DNA of 64,000 nt from Nemertoderma westbladi (lineage: Eukaryota; Animalia; Xenacoelomorpha), in contig JAUCBJ010006769.1 in NCBI GenBank assembly GCA_032718475.1, positions 47,901-111,900 of the forward strand, in the 5' to 3' direction. A program made the position numbers and the translations under genes. The notes under the pieces are model-generated. The model saw only the letters and a list, made by a program, of their open reading frames with translations. It was not told the DNA's origin and did not search any database. Below, piece by piece: positions 59,601 through 64,000 of the stretch. Each line of letters begins with the position of its first letter. The first letter of the stretch is position 1.

Positions 59601-62600
59601 ACTCTATCTGATTGTTCGTGTAATGTATCACTCTAACTGATTGTTCGTGTAATGTATCACTCTAACTGATTGTTCGTGTAATGTATCACTCTATCTGATT
59701 GTTCGTGTAATGTATCACTCTAACTGATTGTTCGTGTAATGTATCACTCTAACTGATTGTTCGTGTAATGTATCACTCTAACTGATTGTTCGTGTAATGT
59801 ATCACTCTAACTGATTGTTCGTGTAATGTATCACTCTAACTGATTGTTCGTGTAATGTATCACTCTAACTGATTGTTCGTGTAATGTATCACTCTAACTG
59901 ATTGTTCGTGTAATGTATCACTCTAACTGATTGTTCGTGTAATGTATCACTCTATCTGATTGTTCGTGTAATGTATCACTCTATCTGATTGTTCGTGTAA
60001 TGTATCACTCTAACTGATTGTTCGTGTAATGTATCACTCTAACTGATTGTTCGTGTAATGTATCACTCTATCTGATTGTTCGTGTAATGTATCACTCTAA
60101 CTGATTGTTCGTGTAATGTATCACTCTAACTGATTGTTCGTGTAATGTATCACTCTAACTGATTGTTCGTGTAATGTATCACTCTAACTGATTGTTCGTG
60201 TAATGTATCACTCTAACTGATTGTTCGTGTAATGTATCACTCTAACTGATTGTTCGTGTAATGTATCACTCTAACTGATTGTTCGTGTAATGTATCACTC
60301 TAACTGATTGTTCGTGTAATGTATCACTCTATCTGATTGTTCGTGTAATGTATCACTCTATCTGATTGTTCGTGTAATGTATCACTCTAACTGATTGTTC
60401 GTGTAATGTATCACTCTAACTGATTGTTCGTGTAATGTATCACTCTAACTGATTGTTCGTGTAATGTATCACTCTATCTGATTGTTCGTGTAATGTATCA
60501 CTCTAACTGATTGTTCGTGTAATGTATCACTCTAACTGATTGTTCGTGTAATGTATCACTCTAACTGATTGTTCGTGTAATGTATCACTCTAACTGATTG
60601 TTCGTGTAATGTATCACTCTATCTGATTGTTCGTGTAATGTATCACTCTATCTGATTGTTCGTGTAATGTATCACTCTAACTGATTGTTCGTGTAATGTA
60701 TCACTCTAACTGATTGTTCGTGTAATGTATCACTCTATCTGATTGTTCGTGTAATGTATCACTCTAACTGATTGTTCGTGTAATGTATCACTCTAACTGA
60801 TTGTTCGTGTAATGTATCACTCTATCTGATTGTTCGTGTAATGTATCACTCTAACTGATTGTTCGTGTAATGTATCACTCTAACTGATTGTTCGTGTAAT
60901 GTATCACTCTAACTGATTGTTCGTGTAATGTATCACTCTAACTGATTGTTCGTGTAATGTATCACTCTATCTGATTGTTCGTGTAATGTATCACTCTAAC
61001 TGATTGTTCGTGTAATGTATCACTCTAACTGATTGTTCGTGTAATGTATCACTCTAACTGATTGTTCGTGTAATGTATCACTCTAACTGATTGTTCGTGT
61101 AATGTATCACTCTAACTGATTGTTCGTGTAATGTATCACTCTAACTGATTGTTCGTGTAATGTATCACTCTAACTGATTGTTCGTGTAATGTATCACTCT
61201 AACTGATTGTTCGTGTAATGTATCACTCTAACTGATTGTTCGTGTAATGTATCACTCTATCTGATTGTTCGTGTAATGTATCACTCTATCTGATTGTTCG
61301 TGTAATGTATCACTCTAACTGATTGTTCGTGTAATGTATCACTCTAACTGATTGTTCGTGTAATGTATCACTCTAACTGATTGTTCGTGTAATGTATCAC
61401 TCTAACTGATTGTTCGTGTAATGTATCACTCTAACTGATTGTTCGTGTAATGTATCACTCTAACTGATTGTTCGTGTAATGTATCACTCTAACTGATTGT
61501 TCGTGTAATGTATCACTCTAACTGATTGTTCGTGTAATGTATCACTCTAACTGATTGTTCGTGTAATGTATCACTCTAACTGATTGTTCGTGTAATGTAT
61601 CACTCTAACTGATTGTTCGTGTAATGTATCACTCTAACTGATTGTTCGTGTAATGTATCACTCTAACTGATTGTTCGTGTAATGTATCACTCTAACTGAT
61701 TGTTCGTGTAATGTATCACTCTAACTGATTGTTCGTGTAATGTATCACTCTAACTGATTGTTCGTGTAATGTATCACTCTATCTGATTGTTCGTGTAATG
61801 TATCACTCTAACTGATTGTTCGTGTAATGTATCACTCTAACTGATTGTTCGTGTAATGTATCACTCTAACTGATTGTTCGTGTAATGTATCACTCTATCT
61901 GATTGTTCGTGTAATGTATCACTCTATCTGATTGTTCGTGTAATGTATCACTCTATCTGATTGTTCGTGTAATGTATCACTCTAACTGATTGTTCGTGTA
62001 ATGTATCACTCTAACTGATTGTTCGTGTAATGTATCACTCTATCTGATTGTTCGTGTAATGTATCACTCTAACTGATTGTTCGTGTAATGTATCACTCTA
62101 TCTGATTGTTCGTGTAATGTATCACTCTATCTGATTGTTCGTGTAATGTATCACTCTAACTGATTGTTCGTGTAATGTATCACTCTATCTGATTGTTCGT
62201 GTAATGTATCACTCTAACTGATTGTTCGTGTAATGTATCACTCTATCTGATTGTTCGTGTAATGTATCACTCTATCTGATTGTTCGTGTAATGTATCACT
62301 CTAACTGATTGTTCGTGTAATGTATCACTCTAACTGATTGTTCGTGTAATGTATCACTCTAACTGATTGTTCGTGTAATGTATCACTCTATCTGATTGTT
62401 CGTGTAATGTATCACTCTATCTGATTGTTCGTGTAATGTATCACTCTAACTGATTGTTCGTGTAATGTATCACTCTAACTGATTGTTCGTGTAATGTATC
62501 ACTCTATCTGATTGTTCGTGTAATGTATCACTCTAACTGATTGTTCGTGTAATGTATCACTCTATCTGATTGTTCGTGTAATGTATCACTCTATCTGATT

Positions 62601-64000
62601 GTTCGTGTAATGTATCACTCTATCTGATTGTTCGTGTAATGTATCACTCTAACTGATTGTTCGTGTAATGTATCACTCTAACTGATTGTTCGTGTAATGT
62701 ATCACTCTAACTGATTGTTCGTGTAATGTATCACTCTAACTGATTGTTCGTGTAATGTATCACTCTAACTGATTGTTCGTGTAATGTATCACTCTAACTG
62801 ATTGTTCGTGTAATGTATCACTCTATCTGATTGTTCGTGTAATGTATCACTCTATCTGATTGTTCGTGTAATGTATCACTCTAACTGATTGTTCGTGTAA
62901 TGTATCACTCTAACTGATTGTTCGTGTAATGTATCACTCTAACTGATTGTTCGTGTAATGTATCACTCTATCTGATTGTTCGTGTAATGTATCACTCTAT
63001 CTGATTGTTCGTGTAATGTATCACTCTATCTGATTGTTCGTGTAATGTATCACTCTAACTGATTGTTCGTGTAATGTATCACTCTATCTGATTGTTCGTG
63101 TAATGTATCACTCTAACTGATTGTTCGTGTAATGTATCACTCTATCTGATTGTTCGTGTAATGTATCACTCTATCTGATTGTTCGTGTAATGTATCACTC
63201 TAACTGATTGTTCGTGTAATGTATCACTCTAACTGATTGTTCGTGTAATGTATCACTCTAACTGATTGTTCGTGTAATGTATCACTCTATCTGATTGTTC
63301 GTGTAATGTATCACTCTATCTGATTGTTCGTGTAATGTATCACTCTAACTGATTGTTCGTGTAATGTATCACTCTAACTGATTGTTCGTGTAATGTATCA
63401 CTCTATCTGATTGTTCGTGTAATGTATCACTCTATCTGATTGTTCGTGTAATGTATCACTCTAACTGATTGTTCGTGTAATGTATCACTCTAACTGATTG
63501 TTCGTGTAATGTATCACTCTAACTGATTGTTCGTGTAATGTATCACTCTAACTGATTGTTCGTGTAATGTATCACTCTATCTGATTGTTCGTGTAATGTA
63601 TCACTCTATCTGATTGTTCGTGTAATGTATCACTCTATCTGATTGTTCGTGTAATGTATCACTCTATCTGATTGTTCGTGTAATGTATCACTCTAACTGA
63701 TTGTTCGTGTAATGTATCACTCTATCTGATTGTTCGTGTAATGTATCACTCTATCTGATTGTTCGTGTAATGTATCACTCTAACTGATTGTTCGTGTAAT
63801 GTATCACTCTAACTGATTGTTCGTGTAATGTATCACTCTAACTGATTGTTCGTGTAATGTATCACTCTATCTGATTGTTCGTGTAATGTATCACTCTATC
63901 TGATTGTTCGTGTAATGTATCACTCTAACTGATTGTTCGTGTAATGTATCACTCTATCTGATTGTTCGTGTAATGTATCACTCTAACTGATTGTTCGTGT
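56677..64000 (+). repeat. 29-bp satellite (CTGATTGTTCGTGTAATGTATCACTCTAW), about 250 copies, runs off the window end
   Basis: Period 29 (56679, 56708, ...). Near-perfect except for one A/T dimorphic position. Confidence 0.99.

Overview
Animal (probably invertebrate) nuclear DNA. The first 25 kb is a nest of mobile elements. A Polinton/Maverick-like non-autonomous element (1413-24834; AGTAGTAG...CTACTACT ends, ~2.4-kb inverted arms, one C2H2/acidic ORF) carries, in its left arm, a very young 16.5-kb BEL/Pao LTR retrotransposon (1601-18100, minus strand, 1920-bp LTRs that look identical, AGTAC target duplication). This retrotransposon is highly unusual. (i) Its gag capsid domain is split by a 1194-nt hairpin-dense insert with group-I-intron-like splice-site geometry; removing the insert restores one 2275-aa Gag-PR-IN frame. 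(ii) It has no RT/RNase H. (iii) It has TA...TA termini and no tRNA primer-binding site; instead the PBS position is perfectly complementary (12 nt) to a site inside its own LTR, a self-priming geometry. (iv) Each LTR holds a tRNA-like Pol III unit. (v) It carries extra 3' ORFs with zinc knuckles and a 17-nt motif dispersed about ten times. Next come a decayed RTE-type LINE interrupted by a repeat-ended insertion, a CR1/L2 3' fragment, the first five coding exons of an ADGRA2/3 (GPR124/125)-like adhesion GPCR whose introns contain MITEs and minisatellites, and a >7-kb 29-bp satellite running off the window end. All alignments and RNA pairings were made by eye.
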